From Felis catus (lineage: Eukaryota), in the NCBI RefSeq assembly GCF_018350175.1, contig NC_058383.1, positions 28,646,001 to 28,710,000 on the forward strand: a DNA stretch of 64,000 nt, given 5' to 3'. A model generated the notes under the pieces. It did no database searches and was not told the DNA's origin. It was given only the letters and a program-made list of their open reading frames with translations. Shown piece by piece: positions 13,101 through 25,350 of this stretch. A program made the position numbers and the translations under genes. Positions within the stretch are counted from its first letter, which is position 1. Each line of letters begins with the position of its first letter.

Positions 13101-13174
13101 GGTGCAAAGATAACAGAGATCATAAACTTCCTTCCCTTTCTTAGCATTTTTCCTTTAAAAAGGTGCGTGTGTGT

Positions 13175-13447
13175 CCAAAAAGGCAAACACTGTATGATTC
13201 CACTCGTGTGAGGAACTCAGAGCCATCACAATCATAGGGACAGAAAGCAGACTGTGGTTGCCAGGGGCTGGGGGAGCATGGCGAGGTATTGTCTAATGAG
13301 TATAGCCTTTCAGCTTTGCCAGTTGAAAGTTCTGGAAATGGTGGTGGTGCCACAGTGGTCATGGTTGTACAACAATGTAAACATTCTTAACGCCCGTACA
13401 AACGGTCGTGATGGTATGTTACGTGTATTTCACCACAATAAAAAAAA
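13175..13447 (+). mobile_element. L1MB-type 3' UTR end
   Basis: ctgtatgattccactc...gtggttgccaggggctggggga...tttcaccacaataaaaaaaa. Confidence 0.85.
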
Positions 13448-13637
13448 CTGGAAAACAAACGTGTGTATACGTGTGTTTGTGAACTAGATACAAATGTGCG
13501 CATAAAGTACATACATACCATTTAGGGATTAATAAACATGTCTCCATCATCTTGCCTGAGTCATAACCTGTACAGGACCCTTAGAAGCCCTGTCGTACCT
13601 CATTCTCTCAGAGGTAAACACCGTGCTGAGTTTATCT

Positions 13638-13749
13638 TTTTCTCTTTAAGTTGGCTGCACACCCAGTGCAGAGGCCAACACGGGGCTCAACTCACAACCC
13701 TGAAATTGAGAGTCAGATTCTTAACCAACCGAGACATCCCGGCGTCCCT
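13638..13749 (-). mobile_element. Short older Can-SINE variant lacking the (CT)n segment
   Basis: TSD gctgagtttatctt / gctgagttcatctt. Confidence 0.8.
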
Positions 13750-14075
13750 AAGCTGAGTTCATCTTAATACTTTTTTCTTTTTATAATTTACTATCTCTAT
13801 ATGAATGCCAGCACAGTTTTGGGTTTTACATATTTTGCCCTTTACATAAGCTTGGCCGAAAGTCTTGTTTTTGAGATGCATCTGGGTTAATGCCTATAGT
13901 GTATTCATTTTCACTGCTCTGTAGTATTCCACGGTGTGATTAGGCTGTACCTGGTTTGTCCTTTTCTACTGCCGATAAACACTTGAGGTATTTCCAGTTT
14001 TGTTGCTCTTACAAATAAGGCTGATAAGAACATTCTGGAATATTCCTCCTGACACTCACGTGTGAGAGTTTCTTT

Positions 14076-14500
14076 AGGGCTGCGATGATGGAAATGTTCT
14101 ACGAAAATGTGTGTGCTTTCCAATAGGACAGTCATTAGCTACAATTGACTAGTGAGCACTTGAAATGTAGTAGGGTTACTGAAGAACTGTACTTTTTATT
14201 TTACTTTAATGAATTTAAACAGAAATAGCCACATGAGGGGCACCTGGGTGGCTCAATCAGTTAAGCGTCTGACTTGATTTCAGTTCAGGTCATGATCTCA
14301 GCGTTTGTGGGATCAAGCCCCACGTCACGCTCTGTGATGACAGCATGGAGCCGGCTTGGGATTCTCTCTCCTTCTCTCTCTGCCCCCCCCAGCCTGCACC
14401 TGCTCACTCACTCTCTCTCTCAAATAAATAAACATTAAAAAAAAAAAAAAGAAAGAGCCACATGAAGCCTGTGCCTACCCAATTACACAGAGAAACCCTA
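14076..14500. mobile_element. MER3-like hAT-Charlie element split by a Can-SINE
   Basis: ctgcgatgatggaaatgttcta...gagcacttgaaatgt...aatagccacatg. Confidence 0.75.
14237..14450 (+). mobile_element. Can-SINE
   Basis: TSD gaaa(t/g)agccacatga. Confidence 0.95.
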
Positions 14501-14620
14501 GGGTATACTGAGGCAAGAAATGGCTGGTTACTGTAGAGTTAAGTACATGCTCATCTTTACTAGGTACTGCTGGGGTGTTTTCTAAAATGCTAGAGCCAAT
14601 ATCCCTTTATCTTAGCCTCA

Positions 14621-14745
14621 GGGCCCCTGGGTGGCTCCCTGGGTTAAGCATCTAACTCTTTTGATCTCAGCTTAGGTCTTGATTTCAGGGTTGTGAGTGG
14701 AAGCCCCTCACTGGGCTCCACACTGGGCATGGAATCTACTTTAAA
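14621..14745 (+). mobile_element. Short older Can-SINE; its A tail follows the nested SINE at about 14973-14990
   Basis: gggcccctgggtggctc...gggctccacactgggcatggaatctactt. Confidence 0.8.
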
Positions 14746-14960
14746 TTTTTTTTTTCAATGTTTATTTACTTTCGAGAGAGAGAGAAAGAGAGAGAGACAG
14801 CAGGGAAGGGGCAGAGAGAGAGGGAGACACAGAATCTGAAGCAGGCTCCAGGTTCTGAGCTGTTAGCACAGAGTCCGATGTGGGGCTCGAACTCACAGAC
14901 TGCAAGATCGTGACCTGAGCCGAAGTCGGACACTTAACCGACTGAGCCACCCAGGTGCCC
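14746..14960 (-). mobile_element. Can-SINE (nested)
   Basis: TSD atggaatctactt / atggagtctactt. Confidence 0.95.
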
Positions 14961-15064
14961 ATGGAGTCTACTTAAAAAAAAAAAAAAAAATCATTCTCCA
15001 ACTTCCTAGGTCTTTTTTAGCTAAATACAGCATCCAGATGGAAGTTTCTGAGAATAAACAAGGT

Positions 15065-15550
15065 TGTATTAGTCAGGATTCTCCCATGAAACAGAAGCAA
15101 TAGGAGATTTGTTTGATTGATCTATTAATTAATTATAAGAAAGTGGCTTATGTGATTGTGGAGGCTGAAAAGTCCCAGGATCTGTCATCAGCAAGCTGGA
15201 GACACAGGAGAGCCAATGGTATAGCTCCAGTCCAAACGCCAGCAGGCTCAAGCCTCAAGAAAAGTCGATTTGTTAGTTCCAGCCCACAGGGAGGAAAAGA
15301 TCAATATCCCAGCTCATCAGTAAGGCAGGCAAAGTTCCCTCTTACTCAGCCTTTTTGTTCTATTCAGGCCTTCAACGGATTGGATGAGGCCCACCCACGT
15401 TGGGAAAGGCAATGTGCCTTAACTCTGTCTACTGATCCGAATGTTAATTTTACCCAGAAACACCCTCATTGACCCCCCCAGAATAATGGATGACCCAGCG
15501 TCTGGCCACCCATGGCCCAGTCAATTGGACACATAAAATTAACCATCACA
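15065..15550 (-). mobile_element. MLT2B-like ERVL solo LTR
   Basis: tgtattagtcaggattctc...gacacataaaattaaccatcaca, both ends present. Confidence 0.9.
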
Positions 15551-16429
15551 AGAGCCTAATATGGTGATCTCCCTCCCAGCTCACCAGAACCCAGGAGGCC
15601 CAGGGGAGATCCTTGGAGCTAAGAGAATGAAGTCCCTGATGGTAAGGTCGTCTGAGTCCCCAGAGAGAAGAATGTCCTTCCAAAAGACAACTTGGAATAG
15701 CAGAAACTTGTTGAGTGGGGGCCATATATCTTTCTCCATCTGATCAGCCCAGATTCCTACCCTCACCCCTACCTTCCAGCACACTTAGAAACTCAAGAGG
15801 GTGCACTCAGAGGTCCAACCTGGACCGTTCTCCTCCCTCCTCTGTTCTTCTCCATCCATTTCCTGCCCCCCTTTCTCCTTCCCTCCCCCCTCCTCAATTT
15901 CCTGTACATTTTGTTCAAGACAAATTGTTTTCAGATCTTCTGCATCTGAAGCCATCTCTTCCCACCTGATATGTACGGTGGCTCTTGCAACAGTGACCTG
16001 TTCTTAGGAAATGCTATTTAAAACCCAAAGTGCAACCAGTGTGACGCAGGACTCCCGAATGTGGCTAAGATGTGTCAAGTTACATAAACGCGCATGCTTC
16101 ATTCTGCCCTTGGCTTGAAGCTTTTCCTAACAGACTTCAGAATTATCAGCTCATTAAAGACAAAAAAAAAATGCAGGTGCATAAAACATTTTTAAAAATA
16201 ACAAGAGTAATAACAAAGTCAAGGCCCCGGGGTAGAGTTGGTCGTAATGGTGGAGAGCCGCTCCCCAGCTTCTCGGGGAGAGGAGTGTTTTCTGAGTATT
16301 CTCTGGAGATGACTAAGCAGCCCCGATCCCTTACTCTCCCTCAAGGTGCAGTGCTGACAGTGAAAAGGAGGAAGGGGATTTTGATTTGCTTATTTCCTAG
16401 GAAAAGCCACCCATGTTCATACACGTCCT

Positions 16430-16570
16430 TGCTACAGTGCTCCCAGGGAAGCGTCAATGCCCCTATTGTACAGAGGGGGAAACTGAGGCTGGAACAGGGC
16501 TAAAAGAAACTGCTCCAAGCCACAGAGTTGGTAAAAAGTAGAACCGGGGTTCAAAGCCAGTTGACAGGCA
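16430..16570 (-). mobile_element. MIR
   Basis: tacagagggggaaactgaggct. Confidence 0.7.
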
Positions 16571-16571
16571 C

Positions 16572-16812
16572 CATAGCATGATGGTTGAGATGGACACCAG
16601 GAGTTATCATTATCTGCTCTTAATGGACACTGTGCAATCCTAGGCAAGTTATTCGACCTCTCTGTGCATCAGTTTCCTCCCCTATAAGATGGAAAATAGC
16701 CGGGGAGGGAAGATGTTATCTATCTGTATAGTTGTAGTGAGGATTAAATGAATCAAGGCAAGTAAAATATTTCAAACAGTATCCAGCATGGCAAGTATAA
16801 AAAAAGCTGGCT
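16572..16812 (+). mobile_element. MIR
   Basis: ggcaagttattcgacctctctgtgcatcagtttcctc...gtgaggattaaatga. Confidence 0.8.
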
Positions 16813-16906
16813 ATTTACAAGTCATGCACTTTCTACCCTCCCAACCTGAACGTCTGCCAGATTCGAGGGCTTGGCCTCTTCACCATGCTGGGTACTTCTT
16901 AGTAAA

Positions 16907-17115
16907 TTTTTTTAATGTTTATTTATTTTATTCTTTTTTGAGAGAAAGAGAGCGATGGGGGCAGGGGCAGAGAGAGAGGGAGACAGAATCCGAAGCAGGT
17001 TCCAGGCTCTGGGCTGTCAGCACACAGCCCGACCCGGGGCTGGAACTCACAAACCGCGAGATCGTGACCTGAGTCAAAGTCAGACGCTTAACTGACTGAG
17101 CCACCCAGGTGCCCC
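16907..17115 (-). mobile_element. Can-SINE
   Basis: TSD tgggtacttctta. Confidence 0.95.
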
Positions 17116-18848
17116 TGGGTACTTCTTAATAAAATGAAGTGACTGGGGTCCAAGCCCAGACAACGGAAATGCTGAAACGCAAGGGCTCTGCTCCTGACCT
17201 CCATCCTTCACACACCCCCGCCTCCCCTGCCTGTTGCAGTTCTGAGTCTCCCTGATTAAAAGCTGCCACTGCCCAGGGCAAGCTGAGAGACAGAGCACGC
17301 TATCCCTTTTATGAAAATCCAGCAAGCAGGTGTAAAATGAAGATAACCACCCCCTGCCCCTGCTCAGAGGCGGAAGATTCTTAATTATCTGAGACCCAGA
17401 TAAACAGCAGGGCCAGGATTGTACAGAGGATGCAAAAATGCTGAGGCGGGCAGGCACGGGCTGCAGAATTCTGCGAAGCTAATGGCGCGATTCAGTGCTT
17501 GGAATTAAAGGTAAGAAAATGAGTCTGAGGTTGTCGGCAGCCTCTGTAGGACAGGATAGGGACATGGAGCAGAAGTGGGAAGGACAGGAGGTGGGCAGCT
17601 CAGAGGATCAAGGAGAGAAAAAGCGGACTTCACGCTTTATCTCTGGGACATTTGCCACCTATTACAGAGGCGTTTTGGTGATACTGGGGGGGTTACTGAC
17701 TCATTCAAATGAAGCTCATAAAATTACCAAACCTCAAGAGGGAGAGCTCCAACGACCATGTAGCAACCTACAAACCAGAGGACAAGCTAAGGAAGACAGT
17801 GAGCGAAGATACACTGTGCCCTCCAGGGTCACTCATAGTCCTTCCCTGAACCGTACCTTAGTCGAGGCGAACAGGAGGCTGCCCCTGATTCATCCTTCCA
17901 TTAGTAAGCACTTTTCATAGCTTATGTGATAATGTGTGCTCAGGGCTGGTCCACTGGAAGGGTTCAATAAATGTTGATTTCTATGGTCCCTGGGAACCCT
18001 TACAGGGCACTACAGCAAATTCCTAGCAGGTTGACTTACAAAGCTCACCGCCTAAGTTAGAGCTCATCACTCTAGGTTCCAAATAAATCACTTATCTCCA
18101 AAGAAAGTATGGAAAAGTCCTGAGTGAGTCCTGTTTACTGAGCCTGCCTCAGCTGAATTCTTTCTCTTTCTACCACACTTAATTCAAGATGGCGGAACAA
18201 GACAAAACCCAGTGTGGGATTGTGAGATTATGGGATTGTGCGCGTCCAACCAGGAGTTTGAATTTGAATTCTTGAGTGCTGGGTGAAGAAGAAAGGAAAT
18301 AAAAAGTAAACAGCAGTTCTTTTGTGCTCTGTTATGTGCCCAAGGACACAGACCGAGGACATGGGAGAGCCAGGAAGACCCATGAGTCCACTTCTCATGA
18401 ATCCATGCTAGTTCTCTGTGGATTGGGTAAATCTCCCTCTTCTAGTTCCTCACCACCCTGGCAAGAGGATTGTTGAACCAGCAAGACAAGAACATGGAAA
18501 CACAAATGCTAAACACTCGGGGGGGGGGCGGTGCTTGGGGGGCAGCAGCCATTGGACCCTTTCTTAAAAGAGTCAATGTAGCAGGAGACAGTAAATGTGA
18601 GAAGACACCCTCAACCATGAAATATGGTCTGACTCACACAGCCTCCACAGGAGCTGATGGGTATTAACTTGATTACTTTGGAGCAGGTGTGACAAAACCA
18701 ATCTCATCCTGGTTATTACAGCTAAAGTCATTGGGACTGTTTCAGTCCATGACTGTCACATTCCTGTCACTCAGAGCTTCCCCACCTGAGTCTGCAAATG
18801 CTTAGTTAGGTCTGAAATTCTATTTCCTTCTTATCCTGTGCCAAGGAC

Positions 18849-18850
<2 letters not shown>

Positions 18851-18892
<42 letters not shown>
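18851..18892. repeat. (GT)21 microsatellite
   Basis: Perfect repeat. Confidence 0.97.
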
Positions 18893-18894
<2 letters not shown>

Positions 18895-19199
18895 GGAAGT
18901 TGTTGGGGTAAGGATGGAGTGTGAAAGAATAATTTATTGCACATTCAACAAATATTATTTTGCTGAATAAATGCTAGGTGCTGTTCAAGATCCTGGGAAG
19001 ACAGAACAGTAAGGAAGATAAGATTCCTACTCTTGTGGTATATACTCTATGAAGTATTTCTTTCGTTTGTTTGTTTCCTCATTCACTCACTTAATGAATT
19101 CTCTGGAATCATTGCACCCTAGCTTGGCTACTTAATAGCCAATGCAACCTTGGGCAAAATTTTTAACCTCTGATTTTCTCTTCTCAAAGGGACACAAGA

Positions 19200-19384
19200 G
19201 GGGTGCTTGGGTGGCTCAGTCACTTAAGTGTCTGACTCTTGATTTCGTTTCAGGTCACTATCTCGTGGTTCATGGGTTTGAGCCCCACGTCGGGCTCTGC
19301 ACTCACAGCGTGTGGGATTCTCTCTCTGCCCCTCCCCCATTCACAGACTCTCTCTCAAAATAAATAAACCTAAAAAAAATAAAA
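19200..19384 (+). mobile_element. Can-SINE
   Basis: Consensus match, slightly shortened. Confidence 0.9.
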
Positions 19385-20023
19385 GGGATGCAAAATAGGG
19401 CCCCTCTAGCTGTGTAAGGGCCTGGCTCTGAGAAATTGCTAGGAAACTGAATCAAGAATGGCCCATGCATGTCCTGCTAGCCTGGGAGGCCGCAGGATGA
19501 TGGATGAGGCGATTGTTCAGGTCTGAGTGGGCACTGATCTCTAGCCTGTCCTTCCGGGGTCCATCACGTGCCTCTCAGATTGACAAGGTGGGTGCACCTC
19601 CAGGCAAGGTTATGTACTATGCCAGGCTGGAGCTGGGGGCAGCCATCAGCTTCATCCACTATTGTCTGCAGGCTGCCAGCAAGACTCCCCAGGGGCCTGG
19701 AACCCGGCCGCTCCCTTGGAGAATGTCACTGAGCCCCTCTTCTGTCCTGACTACACTGACATCCTCCTGTATTCTTTGAATAACATGATTCATTCAAGTA
19801 TCTACTGATGCACTGGTGCTAGGGTGGTGAGCATAGCTGCTTTCAAGCATCTACAGTTGACATCTGTCCCTAAGTGGGCATGATGGGGAAATTCAGTGAG
19901 GTCGCAAGTCAAGAGTTTCATGTAGTGCTTGGCCCAGAACTAGAGCTTAAACGTGAGCCATTCTTGTCCTTGTGCACTCAGTGTGACACCTTGTACACTC
20001 ACTGGCGTGTACCATATGCTGGG

Positions 20024-20027
<4 letters not shown>

Positions 20028-20057
<30 letters not shown>
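20028..20057. repeat. (TG)15 microsatellite
   Basis: Perfect repeat. Confidence 0.95.
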
Positions 20058-20058
<1 letters not shown>

Positions 20059-20586
20059 ACGTGTGTGCACCCGGTGCAAAGGTCAGTCGATGCAAAGTGA
20101 CAGCCATTGTTTCTGGAGCAGCAAAAGCACCCTCTGGTCCCTCTTGAGCACCTGCAGGCTGAGGGATCTATTTGGTACTTTCTAGAACTCATATGTTTTC
20201 TGTCTTCTTTCTTTTAAAACAGGAGAAGGATATTATAAGTGTCAGTCATGTAGGGTATTTTTTAAACTGGAGAAAATCAAATTTAATTATGTAGTATGCT
20301 GGCTCCATAAGAATATGAGGCCCAGTCATGTGCTTTTAATGTTAAAAACTATCTATATATGAGAACAGAAGCTTAATTATAGTTTTAGAACCAAATATAA
20401 GTGTGATCCTCACTGCGAACATAAAGAAGTAAAAATTGGAAGTATAAAAATAGAAAAAAGATGTGAAAGCAAGACCTGGGCACTAATTTAATTCTGGTGG
20501 ATAGTACATCCTGATTAAAGGTTATATATTAAGTAATAGAAGAAAAGTGGTAAAACTGTCCATCAGAATTAATAAAAAACATTATT

Positions 20587-20812
20587 GGGGCACCTGGGTG
20601 GCTCAGTTGGTTAAGCATCTGACCGGCTCAGGTCATGATCCCGTGGTTCATGGGTTTGAGTCCTGCATGGAACTCAGTGCTGACAGCTCAGAGCCTGGAG
20701 CCTGCTGCAGATTCTGTGTCTCCCTCGCTCTCTGCCCCTCCCCCGCTCACCCTCTGTCTCCCTCAAAAATAAACATTAATAAAAAGGGAAACTGTTTAAA
20801 AAATAAAATAAA
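20587..20812 (+). mobile_element. Can-SINE
   Basis: Consensus match. Confidence 0.93.
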
Positions 20813-20854
20813 ACAGAGGAAGAAAGACTTTTAATTTGCACATATACAGTAGTA

Positions 20855-21882
20855 CAGGTGCACCTCCCTTTACTGTGTTTCACCTTATGACGCTTCGTAG
20901 ATATTGTATTTTTTACAAATTGAAGGTTCAAGACTTAGATGGAGGAAGTCACTGCAGATGTGGTAGAAATAGCAAGAAAACCAGCATTAGCAGTGGAGCC
21001 CGAAGAAGGGACTGAATTGCGACAGGCTCTTGATGAAACCTGAACCGATAAGGAGCTGCTTCCTATGGAGGAGCCAGGAAAGTGGCTTCTTGAGGTGGCG
21101 TCTCCTCCCGGTGAAGGCGCAGGTGGTCGAAATGACAACATCCCATCCACTTCATGGATGAAGCAGAGGCAGAGTTTGAGAGGGACTCCAGATGTGAAAG
21201 GAGTTCTACTGTGGGGGAGATGCTAGCCAGGAAGAGCACCATGTACCACAGAGAAATTGTTCGCGGAAGGAAGAATCCATCGATGCGGCAGACCTCATTG
21301 TTGTTGTATTTCATTTATTTTTAATGGGTTTTTTTTTATGCTTCTTTTTGAAAAAGAGAAAGAGAGAGAGAGGGAGAGAGTGCAAGCAGGGGAGGGGCAG
21401 AGAGAGAGGGAGACAGAGGGTCCCGAGTGGGCTCTGTGCTGACGGCAGAGAGCCTGCAAACTCGCGATCGTGAGTCAGATACTTAACCGACTGAGCCACC
21501 CAGGCACCCCAATTGTTGTTTTATTTTAAGAAACTGCCAGAGCCACCCCCACTTTCAGCAGCCACCGCCCGATCAGTCAGGAGCCGTCAACCTCGAGGCA
21601 AGATCCTCTGCCAGCAAAAAGCTTACCACTCGCTGAAAGCCCAGACGATGGCTAGCATTTTTTGGCAAAAAAAGTATTTTTTCAAATTAAGGCATGCGCA
21701 TTTTTTTTGGAGACATAACACTATTGCACACTTAATAGACAACAGTATAGTGTAGCCCTAACTTTTGAATGCTCTGGGAAGCCAAAAAATTCATTGTACT
21801 CACTTTATAGCCATATTCACTCACACTCACTTTATTGCAAGGGGTCTGGAACTGAATCCACAATACCTCTAAGGTATACCTG
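20855..21882 (+). mobile_element. Internally deleted Tigger1 with both termini
   Basis: TA|caggtgcacctc ... aaggtatacctg|TA; left end joined at about 20927 to a transposase C-terminal remnant (EEVTADVVEIAR). Confidence 0.9.
21313..21510 (-). mobile_element. Can-SINE inside Tigger1
   Basis: TSD attgttgtt(g/t)tattt. Confidence 0.9.
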
Positions 21883-22419
21883 TAGAATTTATAGACTGTG
21901 GCAATCTCAAACTCTCCTGTTGCCACTGAATTCTCAATCCTTCCATACTTTTTCTCCAGAAGTTTGAGAGCTGGCTTTCCCTTTGTCCTGACTCCATCCA
22001 CGAGGAAGAGCAGCATGGAGATTTCACCTTTCCCCAGAGCCTGGACTTTGCGGTCTACTCGCTAATGTGGGGTGACTATACCCATTACTCAAATCCAGGA
22101 ATGGCCATTCTGTGGGCAAGCCCCGAGAATCTACGTCTAGTTCAGTCTCCCACATACCTCAAAGACACAGAACTTCCTGCCACTCATCTGTACTTGGGTG
22201 CCCCACAGGCATCTCAAACTCATGTCCAGTCCTGGCTACCTCAGTGGTTGGAATCACCTGATTTTTGCTGATACTTCTCCCACACAACCAATCCTTCCTC
22301 AAGTTCTTCTGAAAAACAAAACCCCAAAAAACATGACAAGGGAGGGATTGTTTCTCAACACTCATGTACTCATGTTGAGTACTCATGTACTCGACACTCA
22401 TGTATTCCCAGATCAAAAG

Positions 22420-23280
22420 GAAGAGGTTTCTTATCTGTAGATGGGGGATGTTCTAGAACTTTCCTCGAAGGGCTCCTGTGAGAAGGGATATGGGCTTCTT
22501 GTGCATGTGAAGCATTTAGCACAGGGACTGGCCCACACAGAGAGTCGAATAAATGGCAGATGTTACTACAGTGGTCCGTCTCATGGGCTGAGAGAGAAGG
22601 GTACATGATGCAGTCCATGCAGAGGTCATATAAGGAGAATATGGGTTTTGAAAGCAGGAAGAGCTGGATCTGAATCCTGATTGCTCTGTTTACTAGCTGG
22701 GAGGCCCTGAACAGGTTAACTTCTCTGAGCCTCACTCAGTCTTGCTCATCTGCAAGACAGGATAATCCCCTAACTGGCCTCAGTGAAATCACTGAAAGAA
22801 TGGGTAGAATGCATATCTTCCTCCAGTGGAGACAGGGTCAAATCATGTGACTCTGAGGCTGCCAGTGACCCCAGGAGAGGAGTCTTACCATTTCCCCCCA
22901 TTTCTCAACTGAGAGAAATGTAGCCCAGAGAGAAGCTGTCCAAGCTCTCCCAGTTTTGTTGGGTCTCAGAACTATCTGAACCCAGAGTGTGCGCCCTTAA
23001 CGACACGGGCACAGGTACCACCTCTGGGTCCCCATCGCTGTCTGTCTGTCTGTCTCTCTCATCCCTTTCCTCTTCTCAAAAGGAAAGCTACAAAGAGCTT
23101 GGGCTTTGGAGTCAGACTGGCTTGAATTCCATCCCAAATTCAGGTCTTGTTTGTAAGGGAAGGCTCTGATAGCCATTTCTCCAGGCAGTAGTGAGAATCA
23201 AGTAAGACTTTTTAAACGTACATAATGCCTTCATGCCAGCGCCCAGCCCACAGTCATAAAGAGCAAATGTTAGTTTCTCC
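22420..23280. mobile_element. Cluster of degenerate MIR fragments on both strands
   Basis: ttatctgtagatgggg; ggttaacttctctgagcctca; gggctttggagtcagactgg. Confidence 0.65.
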
Positions 23281-23336
23281 GGGTGTCCTCCCCTCCACAC
23301 CCCTTCCTTTCCTCGGCCGCCTCCCCGAGGCACTCA

Positions 23337-23531
<195 letters not shown>

Positions 23532-24159
23532 CTAGCCCTTGTCCCCATTCCAGGGGGCAGCCTTGCCCCAGCGTCCTTGACACTCCAGGAGGGTGCACGT
23601 GCGTGTTTATGAGCCGGCCCTTTGGAAACTGGGAAAGACGTTTTCCATGTGAACCCTGTTATGAACAAGAGGAGGCTCTGTTGGCTCACCAAACCTGTTC
23701 AAGGTTCTATATATGGCCTTGACAGTCCCTGCCTGGTCCCAGCTCCTGAGTCTCTGCTCTCTTTGACTACAGCCATTTATCCCTGTCCCAGCCTCAAGAC
23801 CATGGCCAATGTTAGGCAGAAAATCATTTTATAATAATTATTTTATAGCAATACTCTGAATTATTATCTTACATGAACACCAAGTAACGTAAGTCATAGT
23901 AATATGAAGTAAGACAAGTTTGTTGTAGAAAATTCAGGTAATAGGTAAGCGAAAAAGAACAAAATAAAGTCATCCATGACTTCACTGCCCAGAGAGAACC
24001 ACTATCCACATTTTGATAGACATTTTTCCTGTTTCATATTTATAATCAGAATTATATTTATGGTAATATACATAAAAGAATATATTTTTAAACTGTGTGT
24101 ATTACCATATATATGGAAAGACACTATATACATATGCATATATGTATCTATATATGCAT

Positions 24160-24548
24160 GTATATTCATTCACTCGGGCTACAGTAACAAAATACCAGAG
24201 GCTGGGGCTTAAGCAATAGACATTAACTTTCTCACAGTGTTGGAGACTAGAAATCCCAGTTCAAGGTCTGGCAGCATCAGTTTCTAGTGAGAACCCTTTT
24301 CCAGGCTTGTACGTGGCCACCTTCTCACTGTGTGATCACACAGCCTTTTCTTTGCACACATACAGGCAGAGAGCTCTCTGGTGTCTCTTCTTATAAGGAC
24401 ACTAATCCTGTCAGATCAGGGCCCCAGCCTTATGACTTAATTTAACCCCAGTCAGTTCCTCAAAGGCCTTCTCTCCAAATTAGCCTCCCTGGTTATTAGG
24501 GCCTCAACATATGAATTCAAGGGGGACATAAAGATTCAGTCCATAACA
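24160..24548 (-). mobile_element. MLT1A-type MaLR solo LTR
   Basis: gtaacaaaatacca...tcttataaggacactaatcc...attcagtccataaca. Confidence 0.88.
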
Positions 24549-24625
24549 ATATGGATGCATGTGTATACTTATATATGTGTATGTAATAGCACATATATTG
24601 CTATTAACATTTTGGTGTAAATTCT

Positions 24626-24629
<4 letters not shown>

Positions 24630-24671
<42 letters not shown>
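24630..24671. repeat. (AT)21 microsatellite
   Basis: Perfect repeat. Confidence 0.97.
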
Positions 24672-24675
<4 letters not shown>

Positions 24676-24779
24676 ATTTACATGATTATATATATGTGGT
24701 GTGCATACATAGGGTAACACATAGGGTTTTTTATGTATTTTCTATGCATAATATTATATATACCCGTACATACATACAT

Positions 24780-25350
24780 TTCACAACAGCAAAGATAAGA
24801 AATAATCTAAATGCCTATCAATGGGTGAATGGATAAAAAAGTATATATATAATGGAATATTATTCAGCCATGATGAAGGAGGATATCCTTTGTTACAGCA
24901 GGGATGGGCCTTGAGCACATTACACTAAGTGAGAAAAGTCAGAGAGAGAAAGACAAGTACTATATGATGATCACTTGTATGTGGAATCTAAAAAGTCAAA
25001 CTCGTAGAAAACAGAGTAAAATGGTTGTTACCAGAGGATAAAATTGATGTTGTTTAAGAGTTGTTAAGAGTACAGGGGCGCCTGGGTGGTTCAGTCGGTT
25101 AAGTGTCTAACTTTGGCTCAGGTCCTGATCTCACAGTTCGTGGGTTCGAGTCCTGCATCGGGCTCTGTGCTGACAGCTCAGAGCCTGGAGCCTGCTTCAC
25201 ATTCTGTGTCTCCCCCTCTCTCTACCCCTCCCCTGCTCATGCTCTGTCTCTTTCTGTCTCTCAGTAATAAATAAACGTTAAAATAAATAAATAAATAAAT
25301 AAAACATTAAAAAAACTTAAAAAGAGTTGTTAAGGGTTCAAACTTGCAAT
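24780..25350 (+). mobile_element. L1 3' fragment split by a Can-SINE
   Basis: gaatggataaa...aatggaatattattcagcca...gagaaagacaagtac. Confidence 0.8.
25075..25322 (+). mobile_element. Can-SINE
   Basis: TSD aagagttgttaag(a/g)gt. Confidence 0.95.

Larger units (their letters stand above)
13800..14590 (-). mobile_element. L1ME-type fragment interrupted by MER3
   Basis: ttcattttcactgctctgtagtattcca...acacttgaggtatttccagtttt; resumes after about 14500. Confidence 0.6.

Noticed and set aside
17500..17520. Strong plus-strand donor AAG|GTAAGA (similar sites near 5392, 34872 and 62897) as an antisense gene
   Set aside because: No matching acceptor or coding signal; such motifs are expected by chance
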